From contig CAZFJQ010000002.1 of NCBI GenBank assembly GCA_964519755.1, positions 83,307 to 147,306 on the forward strand: a stretch of DNA of 64,000 nt. The letters are read 5' to 3'. The stretch comes from an uncultured Halioglobus sp. GTDB lineage: Bacteria > Pseudomonadota > Gammaproteobacteria > Pseudomonadales > Halieaceae. The position numbers were made by a program, and so were the translations under genes. Positions 41,803-51,288 of this stretch are shown here, in pieces. The notes below the pieces were generated by a model. The model was not told the DNA's origin and ran no database searches. It was given only the letters and a program-made list of their open reading frames with translations. Each line of letters starts with the position of its first letter. Position 1 is the first letter of the stretch.

Positions 41803-42585
41803 ATGAAGAAGTATGCTTTACCTCTCGTCCTGACCAGCGCATTCCTGCTGCAGGCCTGTAACCAACAGCCCCCGGCCGATGCGGAGAGCGCGCCTGAAGC
41901 AGCGACGACCTCCGTCGACCTGGAGAGCTCCGAGCAGCGGCTGAGCTACGGTATCGCCTACAGCCTGGGTCAGCGTATGGCGACCGACGGCATTCCACTG
42001 GACACCGGCGCGTTTACGCAGGGTGTGGTCGATGCGCTCGAAGGCAAGGAGCCGCGTCTCAGCCCGGAAGTCATGCAGGGTGAAATGCAGGCCTATCAAG
42101 AGAAGGCTGTTGCAGAGCAGCAAGCGGCGCAAGCGGCTCTGGCCGAGGCCAACGAGGCGGCCGCTGCAGCTTTCCTGGAGCAGAACGCGGCGCGGGACGC
42201 TGTGGTGGTGACCGAGTCCGGCCTGCAGTATGAAGTGATCGAAGCCGGTGATGGCGCCGTGCCGGGCCCTGAAGATACAGTTGAAGTGCACTACAGTGGG
42301 ACTCTGGTAGACGGTACAGAGTTTGATTCCTCCTACAGTCGCGGTCAGCCCGTCACCTTTGGCGTGGGGCAGGTAATACCGGGATGGACCGAAGCCTTGC
42401 AACTCATGCCGGTCGGGTCCAAGTGGAAGCTGGCGATTCCCGCTGATCTTGCTTACGGTGCCGCGGGCGCCGGACAGGTGATCGGGCCCAACGCCGCATT
42501 GATCTTCGATGTGGAGCTGTTGTCCATCCCCAGTGACGAAGAATCAGCCGAGACAGAGGCCCCGGCGGCGTCTGAAGGCGAGTAG
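41803..42585 (+). CDS. FKBP-type peptidyl-prolyl cis-trans isomerase (FkpA/FklB-like lipoprotein)
   Basis: It has the lipobox LLQAC, an N-terminal dimerisation helix region and an FKBP domain (GLQYEVIEAGDG...VEVHYSGTLVDGTEFDSSYSRGQPVTFGVGQVIPGWTEALQLM). Confidence 0.9.
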   Translation: MKKYALPLVLTSAFLLQACNQQPPADAESAPEAATTSVDLESSEQRLSYGIAYSLGQRMATDGIPLDTGAFTQGVVDALEGKEPRLSPEVMQGEMQAYQEKAVAEQQAAQAALAEANEAAAAAFLEQNAARDAVVVTESGLQYEVIEAGDGAVPGPEDTVEVHYSGTLVDGTEFDSSYSRGQPVTFGVGQVIPGWTEALQLMPVGSKWKLAIPADLAYGAAGAGQVIGPNAALIFDVELLSIPSDEESAETEAPAASEGE

Positions 42586-42601
42586 TCGAATCCGGGGGCT
42601 T

Positions 42602-43072
42602 TCAGCCTTTCGCTGCGCTCCGATGCCGGCCGTGCAGGCCGGCAATGAGTTGATCTTCCAGCACGAAGCGTGATTCCAGCACCTCTCCCAGGGCGGAGAG
42701 GTCGCGCTTGAGTTTTTTCTGCGAACCCAGGTCACCCCCGTACTTTTCCTCGTAGGCCAGAATGACCTCGGTGGTATCACCAATGGCGGGCAGTAGTCGC
42801 TCGGCCAGCTCGCAACTGCCATCGGCAAAACTTTCCGCCTCGTTGACGAGTTTGTGGTAGACCTCAAAGTGGCCCGCCGAGATGTAATCCACCAGCAATT
42901 CGCAGAGAGCCTGCTGGCGTTGTGTCAAGTCAGCGGTGTCGATCTCACTCTGGAGAGCCACTACCAGTTCGGTGTAGTAACCCAGGACCTTGCGGCGTGC
43001 TCGCAGCCAGCGCTGCAACAGCACCTCCACCGCGGCGTATTGGGTGTCTGGATTATTGCTGGGGCTGGGCAT
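42602..43072 (-). CDS. Rsd/AlgQ family anti-sigma-70 factor
   Basis: Trimmed to MPSPSNNPDTQ. LLQRWLRARRKVLGYYTEL...LCELLVDYISAGHFEVY is the Rsd/AlgQ core. Confidence 0.75.
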   Translation of the reverse strand: MPSPSNNPDTQYAAVEVLLQRWLRARRKVLGYYTELVVALQSEIDTADLTQRQQALCELLVDYISAGHFEVYHKLVNEAESFADGSCELAERLLPAIGDTTEVILAYEEKYGGDLGSQKKLKRDLSALGEVLESRFVLEDQLIAGLHGRHRSAAKG

Positions 43073-43191
43073 GTGGCGGTTCCATGAATAAAAGGCTCGG
43101 GCTGGATTCACTATAAAGTGCTATCGAGGCATCCGGCAAGGTGCGTATTGCGGGCCCGATCAGGTTGCCGCAGCTGTAGTGTGGACGGTTT

Positions 43192-43698
43192 CTACTGAGC
43201 TTTCAGCGGTCGGGCCAGCTGCCAGAGGGCCAACAGCATCGCCACACAGAACAGAATCAATGTTTGTTGCGGAATGCTGAGCCCGAGGAAAGTCCACACG
43301 GTATCCGCGCAGTTACCGTCTCCAAGAAGCAGCGTGTTGATGGCGTCGCGCAGCGGAAAGTTCTCCAGCAGATAATCGAGCGGTGGGCCACAGGCCGGCA
43401 CCTGCTCTTCCGGTAATTGCTGCAGCCAGATGTGTCGCGCTGCCACCAGCGAGCCGGTGAACGCGGCCGCGCCACACAGGGCAGCGTAGACTTTAAGGCC
43501 CCAGCCCCGCGGGTTGTGCAGCACCGCGAGCAGGGCGAAGGCTCCCCAGAGAACCACAAACAGCCGCTGCGTCATGCACAGCGGACAGGCCTCGAGGCCC
43601 AGCATGGCCTGCAGGTAGACGCGGGCGAACAGCATCGAAAACAGCGCCAACAGTGCGAGCCCGAGAAAAACCTGGCGGTGTGAGAAACTGAGCGGCAT
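43192..43698 (-). CDS. dsbB: Disulfide bond formation protein B
   Basis: It has four TM helices, the first Cys pair as CPLC and a second periplasmic-loop Cys pair (ACGP...GNC). It is 168 aa. Confidence 0.9.
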   Translation of the reverse strand: MPLSFSHRQVFLGLALLALFSMLFARVYLQAMLGLEACPLCMTQRLFVVLWGAFALLAVLHNPRGWGLKVYAALCGAAAFTGSLVAARHIWLQQLPEEQVPACGPPLDYLLENFPLRDAINTLLLGDGNCADTVWTFLGLSIPQQTLILFCVAMLLALWQLARPLKAQ

Positions 43699-43802
43699 GT
43701 GTCGTCTATCCGTGTGCGGCGGGGATACGGTCTCAGCCAGCTACACTAGGAGGTTTTGCTCGGCCTTGCAATATCACCGGAGGTCGCCGGATTGCCCCCG
43801 GC

Positions 43803-43869
43803 CGGGCAAGTTTGCCCGCCGCTGGCCAGTGCGAACAAGTTCCAGCGGCCCCCGGCAGGGTTGCGGGGG
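43803..43869. repeat. Three back-to-back GC-rich hairpins in the acpH-dsbB intergenic region
   Basis: The three are CGGGCAA/TTGCCCG (43803-43818), CCGCTGG/CCAGCGG (43819-43848) and CCCCCG/CGGGGG (43849-43869). All have perfect stems. Confidence 0.4.
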
Positions 43870-43901
43870 AAGATGTGCGGAACACTTTCCGGGCGAGGTA
43901 A

Positions 43902-44489
43902 TTAGCGCAACAAACGAATCTGTTGCTGGCTGAAATTCCGTAGTTGGGGGTAGAACGCCAGAAAAGTGGCCTCGAGGTCTTTGCGCGCAGGGCCGATAGC
44001 ACTTGCGATGCCGACAAACGGGTTGCCGCGGCCGAAGCGTTCACCGATGCGCTCCGCCGTGGCTGTGACGGTGCGCCAGTCGTGGTAAAGGTTGAGGATA
44101 TCGTGCTCTTCGAGGCGTTCCAGCATGCCCTGTGAACCCGGGCTCAGCTGATCCCGGTTGGCCGCGAGTGCGGCGTAGACATCGGCGTTGAAGCGCGTCA
44201 ACTCAACATCGCAGTATCGCGACCAGTGTCTGCTCAGGTAGTGGTCGAAACTCAGGTCAATCAGAATACCCGCGTAGCGTCGCAGCTGCGGCGGCAATTG
44301 CGCGCGCAGGTGGGCAATGCGCGGATGCTGGTCAGTGTAGGCATCTATGGCGCGGTGCAGGCGCACGCCCGCTTCCAGCCCGGGCGGCAGCCCGCCGCGC
44401 AGCGGCCCCTTGTAGTAATCGCCCTCCAGCCCGCCGGCAATCAGCTCCGCGTCCGGCCAGGCGAGGTGGAAGTGCGCGAGAAAGTTCAC
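43902..44489 (-). CDS. acpH: Acyl carrier protein phosphodiesterase
   Basis: MNFLAHFHLAWPDAELIAGGLEGDYYKG...HRAIDAYTDQHP parallels E. coli AcpH MNFLAHLHLA...HRRIDVLTD. Confidence 0.85.
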   Translation of the reverse strand: MNFLAHFHLAWPDAELIAGGLEGDYYKGPLRGGLPPGLEAGVRLHRAIDAYTDQHPRIAHLRAQLPPQLRRYAGILIDLSFDHYLSRHWSRYCDVELTRFNADVYAALAANRDQLSPGSQGMLERLEEHDILNLYHDWRTVTATAERIGERFGRGNPFVGIASAIGPARKDLEATFLAFYPQLRNFSQQQIRLLR

Positions 44490-44498
44490 CGCCGCACC

Positions 44499-46085
44499 TT
44501 ACAGCTCCCGGTACTGGCTGAAGTAACTCTCCAGAAACGTGTGGAAATCCTCTGTGTCGGCGTTCTCGATTTCTACCTGGGCGGCGAGCGAACGTTCCGC
44601 TTCCGCCATAAAATCGGCCTGCACTGCGGGCTCCAGGTTGCGGGCGCGGAAAAACTCTGCCCAGCGCTCGCTATAGCCCATTGCCAGGCGGAAGAAGGGT
44701 ATTTCCTGCGTATTCATCTCGCGCAGTATGCGAGCCGAGGGTGTGAGTTCAGGGTCGATGACCCTGGCGAGCTGAGCCTCCAGTGCAACCTGGTAGGAGT
44801 CTGCCTGGAATGCCGAGTCGAACAGTGCCGCCACGGGCTGCATTGCCGACAGTAGATCTTCAGACCACTGCATGAGTGTGATATTGCTACCGCCACGATC
44901 GAGCAAGAGACCAGGCTCGCGGCCCCGCGCCACCACCGCGTCCAGGTTGGCGAGCTGCGCCGCCTGCTGCACGTCGTCACAGGGAGGGCTGTCACTCAGG
45001 AGGCAGTAAAGCAGGAAGGTGTCGAGGAAGCGAATCTGCTGCGCGTCGAGGCCCGCCGGCGTAAAGGGATTGACATCGATACATCGCACTTCAATGTACT
45101 CTATGCCGCCGCGTACCAGTGCATTCAGCGCAGTTTCGCCCGATTGCGCCACCCGTTTGGGACGAATCGGGCTGTAAAACTCATTTTCAATCTGCAGCAG
45201 GCTGTCACTGAGTTGCTGGTAGTCGTCAGCTTGTCCTGCGGGAATGTCGGCATACGGGGGATGCGGCTGTAAAATTGCGCTGCACAACGTGTGTACGTAA
45301 TTATCCAGGGAGTTGTAGCAGATGTTGAGCCCTTTCTGGGCTTCACTGTTGTATCCGAGACCGCCCATGCGCAGTGCGGTGCCGTGCGGCTGGTAGAGGC
45401 TGCGACCCCGCTCGTCAAAAGGCTGCAGGCCGTGATTATCGCGGCCGGCCACAAAGCTTGAGCACACCGCTGGTGAGGCGCCAAAAAGATAGATCAGCAG
45501 CCATGAAAAGCGGCGGAAATTGCGGATGAGCCCGAGGTAGCGGTCGGTAATGTAGTCAGCGCGGGCACCCGGGCTGCCGGCATGCCGCCAGGCATCGTCC
45601 CAGAATGCGTCGGGCATGGACCAATTGTAGTGAATGCCTGCAATCGCTTGCATCAGACGCCCGTAGCGATGGCCGAGGCCGTAGCGGTACACGGTTTTCA
45701 TGCGCGCGATATTTGAATTCCCGTAGCGTGCCACGGGAATATTCTCATCCCCGCTGACGATACAGGGCATGCTGGCGGCCCACAGCAGCTCCCCGTCGAG
45801 TTGCTGGTACACGAAGCTGTGAATGTCCTCCAGACGACGCAGGCTGTCCGCGATGCCCGTGCTGACGGGAGTGATGAACTCAAGTAGCGCTTCAGAATAA
45901 TCCGTGGTGATCGACGAGTGGGTCAGTGGTGAACCAAGGCGCTGCGGATGAGGGGTCTGGGCGAGTTTGCCCTCCGGGGTAATGCGCAGGCTCTCTTTTT
46001 CAATGCCGCGGCGGATTTGCGTGAGCATATTGAGCACGTCAGGCCGGGTGAACGCTTGCAACGCGGTATCCAGTGTGGAGGGCAA
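44499..46085 (-). CDS. gshA: Glutamate--cysteine ligase
   Basis: RGIEKESLRITPEGKLAQTPHPQRLGSPLTHSSITTDYSEALLEFITPV closely parallels E. coli GshA. The length is 528 aa. Confidence 0.95.
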   Translation of the reverse strand: MPSTLDTALQAFTRPDVLNMLTQIRRGIEKESLRITPEGKLAQTPHPQRLGSPLTHSSITTDYSEALLEFITPVSTGIADSLRRLEDIHSFVYQQLDGELLWAASMPCIVSGDENIPVARYGNSNIARMKTVYRYGLGHRYGRLMQAIAGIHYNWSMPDAFWDDAWRHAGSPGARADYITDRYLGLIRNFRRFSWLLIYLFGASPAVCSSFVAGRDNHGLQPFDERGRSLYQPHGTALRMGGLGYNSEAQKGLNICYNSLDNYVHTLCSAILQPHPPYADIPAGQADDYQQLSDSLLQIENEFYSPIRPKRVAQSGETALNALVRGGIEYIEVRCIDVNPFTPAGLDAQQIRFLDTFLLYCLLSDSPPCDDVQQAAQLANLDAVVARGREPGLLLDRGGSNITLMQWSEDLLSAMQPVAALFDSAFQADSYQVALEAQLARVIDPELTPSARILREMNTQEIPFFRLAMGYSERWAEFFRARNLEPAVQADFMAEAERSLAAQVEIENADTEDFHTFLESYFSQYREL

Positions 46086-46201
46086 TGGAAACTCCTTTCA
46101 GTCACCCGACCGGTAGCTGGCCGATATTAGCCGTTTTGGCGCGGGTCAAGTGTATAGTTGCGTAGAGTTGTAGTACAGGCGGCGGGCGGCAGGCGTTGCC
46201 T

Positions 46202-47266
46202 TCAGTCGAGTTTGTCCAGATGGGTTTGCAGAAGCTGGCAAGCAAAATTGTTCTGAACTTCCGCTGCCTGACCCGTGGCCAGCATGATCCGCGACAGGAG
46301 CAGTCCATAGCGCATTCCCGCGAATATCTGATAGTACCCGTAGTCGCGTGCTGAGTGGCCGGATGCCGCCTCCCACTGCGCCACGGTGGCATCGTAGTCC
46401 GGCAGGCCCTCCAGTCGCGGCATACCGAGCCCCTCCGCGAAGGTTGAATCCAGGTAATTGAACCAGGCGATGTCCTGGACCGGGTTGCCCAGAACGGCCA
46501 TCTCCCAGTCCAGCACGGCGGCGACGCCGTCCAGCGACGGCTTGAAAATCATGTTGCCGAGACGCGAGTCGCCCCAGCACAGCACGGTGGGCTCGTTCTC
46601 GGGTTGATTGGCCCAGAGCCAATCCAGCGCTGCCTGGCAGATATCCTGGACCTGGCCCTCCAGCGCCCAGGCGTGGTATTGCTGCCAGTACTCGAGCTGT
46701 TGCTGCAGGGGTGTCTTGCCGGGCTCCCGCAGTTTGTCAAAGCCCAGCTCACGGTGGTCCAGCCGATGGAATCGCGCCATGGTATCGACGGCTGCGCGCC
46801 ACATGTCCGCACGCTGTTCCAGCGTGGTCTCGTGCAGCATCCAGCCATCCAGATTGTAGGGCGGCATATCGCTGGGAATACGGCCTTCTGTGCGCTTCAT
46901 GAAGTAGAACTGCACACCCAGGAGAGATTTGTCCGTTTCGAGCCCGCGCAATTCCGGAACGGGAATATCGCTGTGGCGACCGAGGCTTTCCATTACCTCG
47001 TACTGCAGGCTGAGATCGTAATCCGGGAACACGGGGCGGTCTATATCGGGCTGCAGGCGCGCCACTACCGGCTCGCTATGCTTGACGCCATTCTCCTGCC
47101 ACTGGACATCGAACAGCAGCGTGACATTGGACATGCCCGTGGCTTCAGGGATGGTCAGCTCTGGAATGTGTACGGCGGTGTCCCGGTGAGCGGACAGCCA
47201 CTGCTCAAGTTTGCCTCGCGTGGCTTCAGAGTCTTCCAGAAGCGGTGTGGGACGGGCGTTTTCCAC
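46202..47266 (-). CDS. Phosphotransferase (APH/choline-kinase-like) family protein
   Basis: It has the kinase-like motifs LCWGDSRLGNMIF (catalytic loop) and VLDWEMA. The track start is a GTG at 47299. An in-frame GTG at 47266 with an AAGGA RBS 8 nt upstream is preferred, but the start is uncertain. Confidence 0.65.
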   Translation of the reverse strand: MENARPTPLLEDSEATRGKLEQWLSAHRDTAVHIPELTIPEATGMSNVTLLFDVQWQENGVKHSEPVVARLQPDIDRPVFPDYDLSLQYEVMESLGRHSDIPVPELRGLETDKSLLGVQFYFMKRTEGRIPSDMPPYNLDGWMLHETTLEQRADMWRAAVDTMARFHRLDHRELGFDKLREPGKTPLQQQLEYWQQYHAWALEGQVQDICQAALDWLWANQPENEPTVLCWGDSRLGNMIFKPSLDGVAAVLDWEMAVLGNPVQDIAWFNYLDSTFAEGLGMPRLEGLPDYDATVAQWEAASGHSARDYGYYQIFAGMRYGLLLSRIMLATGQAAEVQNNFACQLLQTHLDKLD

Positions 47267-47431
47267 GGTTATTATCCTTGCTGTTTTGCGCGGCCGCACA
47301 GTATACGATTGCGCCCTGAAAGTGGCCAGTGTGTAGCTGACGAATCAGAGAGTACCGCATGGGTCAGTGGCGCTCTTGTCCGACAGTGGCAAGCTGCTAC
47401 AGTAAGTGCAAGAGAAACCGGGGGGGTTTGC

Positions 47432-48550
47432 GTGAGAATAGTCGAATGGTTAAAAATACTGTCCGCTGAGAACGGGTCAGATCTCTTTCTCAGTACGGGT
47501 GCGCCGCCCTGTGCCAAATTCGAGGGAGAGCTCAAACCCATCGCCAGTGAAATTCTGCGACCCGGCGAGATCAAGGAGATCGCCTACGAGATCATGGACG
47601 AGGCGCAGCGCGCGGAATTCGAGAAGGAGCTCGAAATGAATCTGGCCACATCGGTTTCGGGCTATGGCCGCTTTCGCATCAATATATTCGTGCAGCGCAA
47701 CGAGGTGGGTATTGTCGCCCGGAACATTGTTGCTGATATCCCGAGTTGGCGGGATCTCGGATTGCCGGGCACGCTCACCGAAGTGGTTATGCGCAAGCGC
47801 GGCCTGATGCTGTTTGTGGGCGCAACCGGCTCGGGCAAGTCGACATCGCTCGCCGCCCTTATCGATTACCGCAACCGCAATAGCAGTGGCCACATCGTCA
47901 CCATTGAAGATCCCGTGGAATTCGTACACAGCCACAAGAAGTCTATTGTCAACCAGCGTGAGGTGGGCGTAGATACCCGTAGCTGGCACAACGCATTGAA
48001 GAACACGCTGCGCCAGGCGCCGGATGTGATCCTCATCGGTGAGATCCGTGACCGGGAGACAATGGAGCACGCGATCGCGTTTGCGGAGACGGGGCATCTG
48101 TGTATTTCAACGCTGCATGCCAACAACGCCAACCAGGCCCTGGACAGAATCATCAATTTCTTTCCTGAAGATCGTCGCATGCAACTGCTCATGGATTTAT
48201 CCTTGAATATGCAGTGCATAGTTTCCCAGCGGCTGATTCCCACGCATGACGGCAAGCGAGCTGCCGCTATTGAGGTATTGCTGGGGACGCCGATAGTGCA
48301 GGATCTCATTCTCAAGGGCGAGATAGACGGCATCAAGGAAGTGATGGAGAAGTCCGAAAACCTTGGCATGAAAACCTTCGATGCAGCCCTGTTCGAACTC
48401 TTCCGCGAGGGCAAAATCACCGACGAGGAAGCCTTGAGAAATGCGGATTCGCCCAACAACTTGCGCTTGAAGATCAAGTTTGCGACGCAGGAAGGCGACT
48501 CGGAAGGTGCGTCTGGCGGGCTTGCGCTGGAGAGCGTGGACGACGATTGA
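47432..48550 (+). CDS. PilT/PilU-family type IV pilus retraction-type ATPase
   Basis: Trimmed to the in-frame GTG at 47432; the upstream 276 codons are antisense to the kinase gene. It has GSDLFLSTGAPP, Walker A GATGSGKST, the Asp box IVTIEDPVEF, Walker B VILIGEIRD and the His box TGHLCISTLHAN. The C-terminal region is PilU-like rather than PilT-like. Confidence 0.85.
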   Translation: MRIVEWLKILSAENGSDLFLSTGAPPCAKFEGELKPIASEILRPGEIKEIAYEIMDEAQRAEFEKELEMNLATSVSGYGRFRINIFVQRNEVGIVARNIVADIPSWRDLGLPGTLTEVVMRKRGLMLFVGATGSGKSTSLAALIDYRNRNSSGHIVTIEDPVEFVHSHKKSIVNQREVGVDTRSWHNALKNTLRQAPDVILIGEIRDRETMEHAIAFAETGHLCISTLHANNANQALDRIINFFPEDRRMQLLMDLSLNMQCIVSQRLIPTHDGKRAAAIEVLLGTPIVQDLILKGEIDGIKEVMEKSENLGMKTFDAALFELFREGKITDEEALRNADSPNNLRLKIKFATQEGDSEGASGGLALESVDDD

Positions 48551-48610
48551 TACTGCATCGCGTCACTTTGTTTGCGAAGCGAAGGGCAAGCGGTCGATCG
48601 CGCGGACAGT

Positions 48611-48973
48611 TCAGCTATTTTCCATCGCCGAGATCAGCTCTGCCCAGCGTCCGATATCGCTGCTCTCGGCGTTCAACAGTTTAAAGCCCGCGAGCCAGCG
48701 CAACTCGGCATCCAGGTCGTTGTATCCACACCAGCGCACTTCGCCGGCGAGATATAGCGGCTCCTCTTCGGTGGGCAGCTCGACGCTTATCTGCAAAATA
48801 GCGCCTACGGTCACCTCCTCGTTCAATGCCACCTGCAGCCCGGCGCGCGATATGTTCAATGTCTGGCAGGTGACCAGGCGGCCGGTGCCTTGGGTGCCGA
48901 CCTGGGGTGAAATCAACTCGATAATTGTCCGACTTTCAATCGGTAGTCTGAGATGCTTGCGCTGTTCAGGCAT
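48611..48973 (-). CDS. PilZ domain protein
   Basis: A 120 aa protein with both c-di-GMP-binding motifs intact: RKHLR (RxxxR) and NISRAG ((D/N)xSxxG). Confidence 0.8.
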   Translation of the reverse strand: MPEQRKHLRLPIESRTIIELISPQVGTQGTGRLVTCQTLNISRAGLQVALNEEVTVGAILQISVELPTEEEPLYLAGEVRWCGYNDLDAELRWLAGFKLLNAESSDIGRWAELISAMENS

Positions 48974-48990
48974 AGGGAATTACTCCCTCT

Positions 48991-51288
48991 TCAAGAGTCG
49001 AGTTTCTTGCGTACATCGTTGACCGTATCGCGGAAGTTGGACGTTGTTTGCAGGATATCCACCAGCCCCCTGGCGACCAGGCTGCGCAGATCCTTGCCGG
49101 CGATCTGGCGCATCTTGATACCGCTGCGATTCACAAAAATGTAAATGTCCTCTTCCGGATCGTGTACCGCCAGTTTGGCCATGAGGGGTGTGGCGCCATC
49201 GTGAAAACCCAGCCAGGCGCCCATTGGCAGGTTCAGGTCCGATTGCGACTCGCTGTCTGTGCTATCGGGAGAACTTGCTGACTCTTCAGTGGTCAGCCTT
49301 TCACTGATTGCCGCCTTCGGATCAGGTGTTTCCGGGACTTGCTCGGTAAAGATTTCATCCATGCCATCCACTGAACCCGGTTGTTTCGGTGAGTCTTCGG
49401 CCCGGCGTGGCTCAGGATCGGACGGCTCCGGGGGCTGCAGCCATTGGCTGGGATCGTCTCCGGAGTCAGTTGGCTCCCCGGCTTTGTCCCTGGCGGTCGT
49501 CTCTGCCGGGGGCGCTTCGTCTTCGCGCTCCTCCGGGGGAGTGTTGAAAGAGTCCAGGTCGTCCAGTCCATACTCGGAGGAGAGCGGGTCTTCGTCGAGC
49601 AGCGCCTGCAATTCCGCGAACGCAGTGTCCAGGTCCTGCGGATCATCCGCGGACTCTCCGGTGGGCGTGTGCTCCAATTCCGGCCCGGGTTCGCGCCGGG
49701 GCCCGGATTCGGGGTCGGGATCGGGGTCGGGATCCGGATTGAGATCGAGATCGAGATCGGCTTCGGGTATGGGCTCGGGTTGCTGGCCTGGCCCGGCCGC
49801 AGGCTCAGCTTCGGGAGGATGTTCTGGTGGCGCCGGTTCCGGAGCTGCGACCTCTGTCGGTGCAGGTTGCGATTCCCCGGCAGATTCGTCGCTGGTGCTC
49901 TCCACCGGCGCGATGGACGTTCCGGGTGATTCCCGGGATACGCGCGTGTACAGTGCATTCAGTTTCTCGGTAGTGCTGATACCCGCGGCGATAGCCAGAC
50001 ACAAACTGAAGCCGCTGCCGGTGGGCAGCGCCATGACGCGTTTTTTTTCCAGTAACTCGTCGAACTGCTCAAAGCTCTGGTCCAGCACTTTCATGCCGGC
50101 CAGGTTGGTGAAAAGCAATCTTTGCTCGCGCTCTTCTTTCAGCACGAGTTTTACGCGCAGCATGCCTTCCTTGCGTGTTTCTACACCGAACCAGTGCCCT
50201 TCCTGTATTGGCCCGAGTGCTTTGACCAGCTCGCTGCGGTAGTTCTCGTCGTTTGCCGCGGCGACGGTGAGAGGCAGAATCCACTCAAGATTTACCGGCT
50301 GCTGCCTCAATATTCGCAAGTGCGCGAACTCGACCAGAGCCATTGCATCGTTCACCGCGTCCGTGTCGTGATGCAGGCTCAAGAGCCAGCGACGCATCTC
50401 CTTGGGGAGCTGCGTGACCAGGGCAAAGATATGCTGGCGCCTGTCCTCCGGCGCATTCTCCAGGCTCTGGAGTGAATCCAGCAGGGTTTCTGTAGTTTCG
50501 CGCATCTTCTGCCACTGCTCGGAATCCGCTCCGAACTTGAGTAACAGGAGTTGCGCGCTGTCGTACCATGGACCTTTGAGGAATTCGCCAATCTCCGGTG
50601 GCGCGGCGTATCGTTCCAGCAGGCCGTTGATCATTCCGGATGCTTCGCGTTTTGCGGCGGCGGTTTTCACGCGGCCCAGTTCCGCCTCCACCACGCGGCG
50701 AGACATGCGCTGTGCGCGAGCCTGGTCGCGCTCAGCAGCGGCAATGAAATCCGCGCAGACTGCTTCCATATCGACGGTGCGATTACCGAACCAGGAGAGT
50801 GCACCCTCTACGGCAGTCGCCACCTGCTTCTCCAGCACTACGCCGGCGCGTCCGAGCCTTGCCTGCCAGCCCACCGCTCGCTCGTGGATGGTGTCGAGGA
50901 GCTGGTGCAAGGGATGTACGTCCGGTTGCATGAAGTCCGGGTCGGTGAGGGCTATGGCCGCGGCCAGCGGCTTCAGTCGTCGAACCTGCGATGCCAGTGG
51001 CTCTTCCAGCGGGAAACGCTGCTCAAACTGGTGCATGGCTTCGCCGATCCAGCGCAGGATGGCGGTGTGTTCCGGCGATGGCAGCGCCGGGTCGCCCATC
51101 TCTTCTGTCTGGCTGAGAAGGTCTGCGAAAGGCGTAAGGTCAAGGTCTCCGGGGTTGCGGAGATAGCCCAGCAACTCGTCCAGTGACATGTGATGATGCC
51201 CCTCTTCGCCAGCGGCACCGGCAAAGTTTTCCTGCACCAGCGTTTGCAGCGAGCAGGAGACAGGGAAATGTTCGGCCGTAAGTTTCAC
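48991..51288 (-). CDS. DUF1631 family protein with a ~235 aa acidic/Pro-rich disordered insert
   Basis: A large helical N-terminal region is followed by a low-complexity D/E/P/S segment and a conserved ~80 aa C-terminal domain (GAWLGFHDG...IYIFVNRSGIKMRQI). The family call is from memory of the DUF1631 architecture. The start is uncertain. A GTG at 51288 overlaps the upstream stop (GTGA), and an ATG at 51189 is the alternative. Confidence 0.65.
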   Translation of the reverse strand: MKLTAEHFPVSCSLQTLVQENFAGAAGEEGHHHMSLDELLGYLRNPGDLDLTPFADLLSQTEEMGDPALPSPEHTAILRWIGEAMHQFEQRFPLEEPLASQVRRLKPLAAAIALTDPDFMQPDVHPLHQLLDTIHERAVGWQARLGRAGVVLEKQVATAVEGALSWFGNRTVDMEAVCADFIAAAERDQARAQRMSRRVVEAELGRVKTAAAKREASGMINGLLERYAAPPEIGEFLKGPWYDSAQLLLLKFGADSEQWQKMRETTETLLDSLQSLENAPEDRRQHIFALVTQLPKEMRRWLLSLHHDTDAVNDAMALVEFAHLRILRQQPVNLEWILPLTVAAANDENYRSELVKALGPIQEGHWFGVETRKEGMLRVKLVLKEEREQRLLFTNLAGMKVLDQSFEQFDELLEKKRVMALPTGSGFSLCLAIAAGISTTEKLNALYTRVSRESPGTSIAPVESTSDESAGESQPAPTEVAAPEPAPPEHPPEAEPAAGPGQQPEPIPEADLDLDLNPDPDPDPDPESGPRREPGPELEHTPTGESADDPQDLDTAFAELQALLDEDPLSSEYGLDDLDSFNTPPEEREDEAPPAETTARDKAGEPTDSGDDPSQWLQPPEPSDPEPRRAEDSPKQPGSVDGMDEIFTEQVPETPDPKAAISERLTTEESASSPDSTDSESQSDLNLPMGAWLGFHDGATPLMAKLAVHDPEEDIYIFVNRSGIKMRQIAGKDLRSLVARGLVDILQTTSNFRDTVNDVRKKLDS

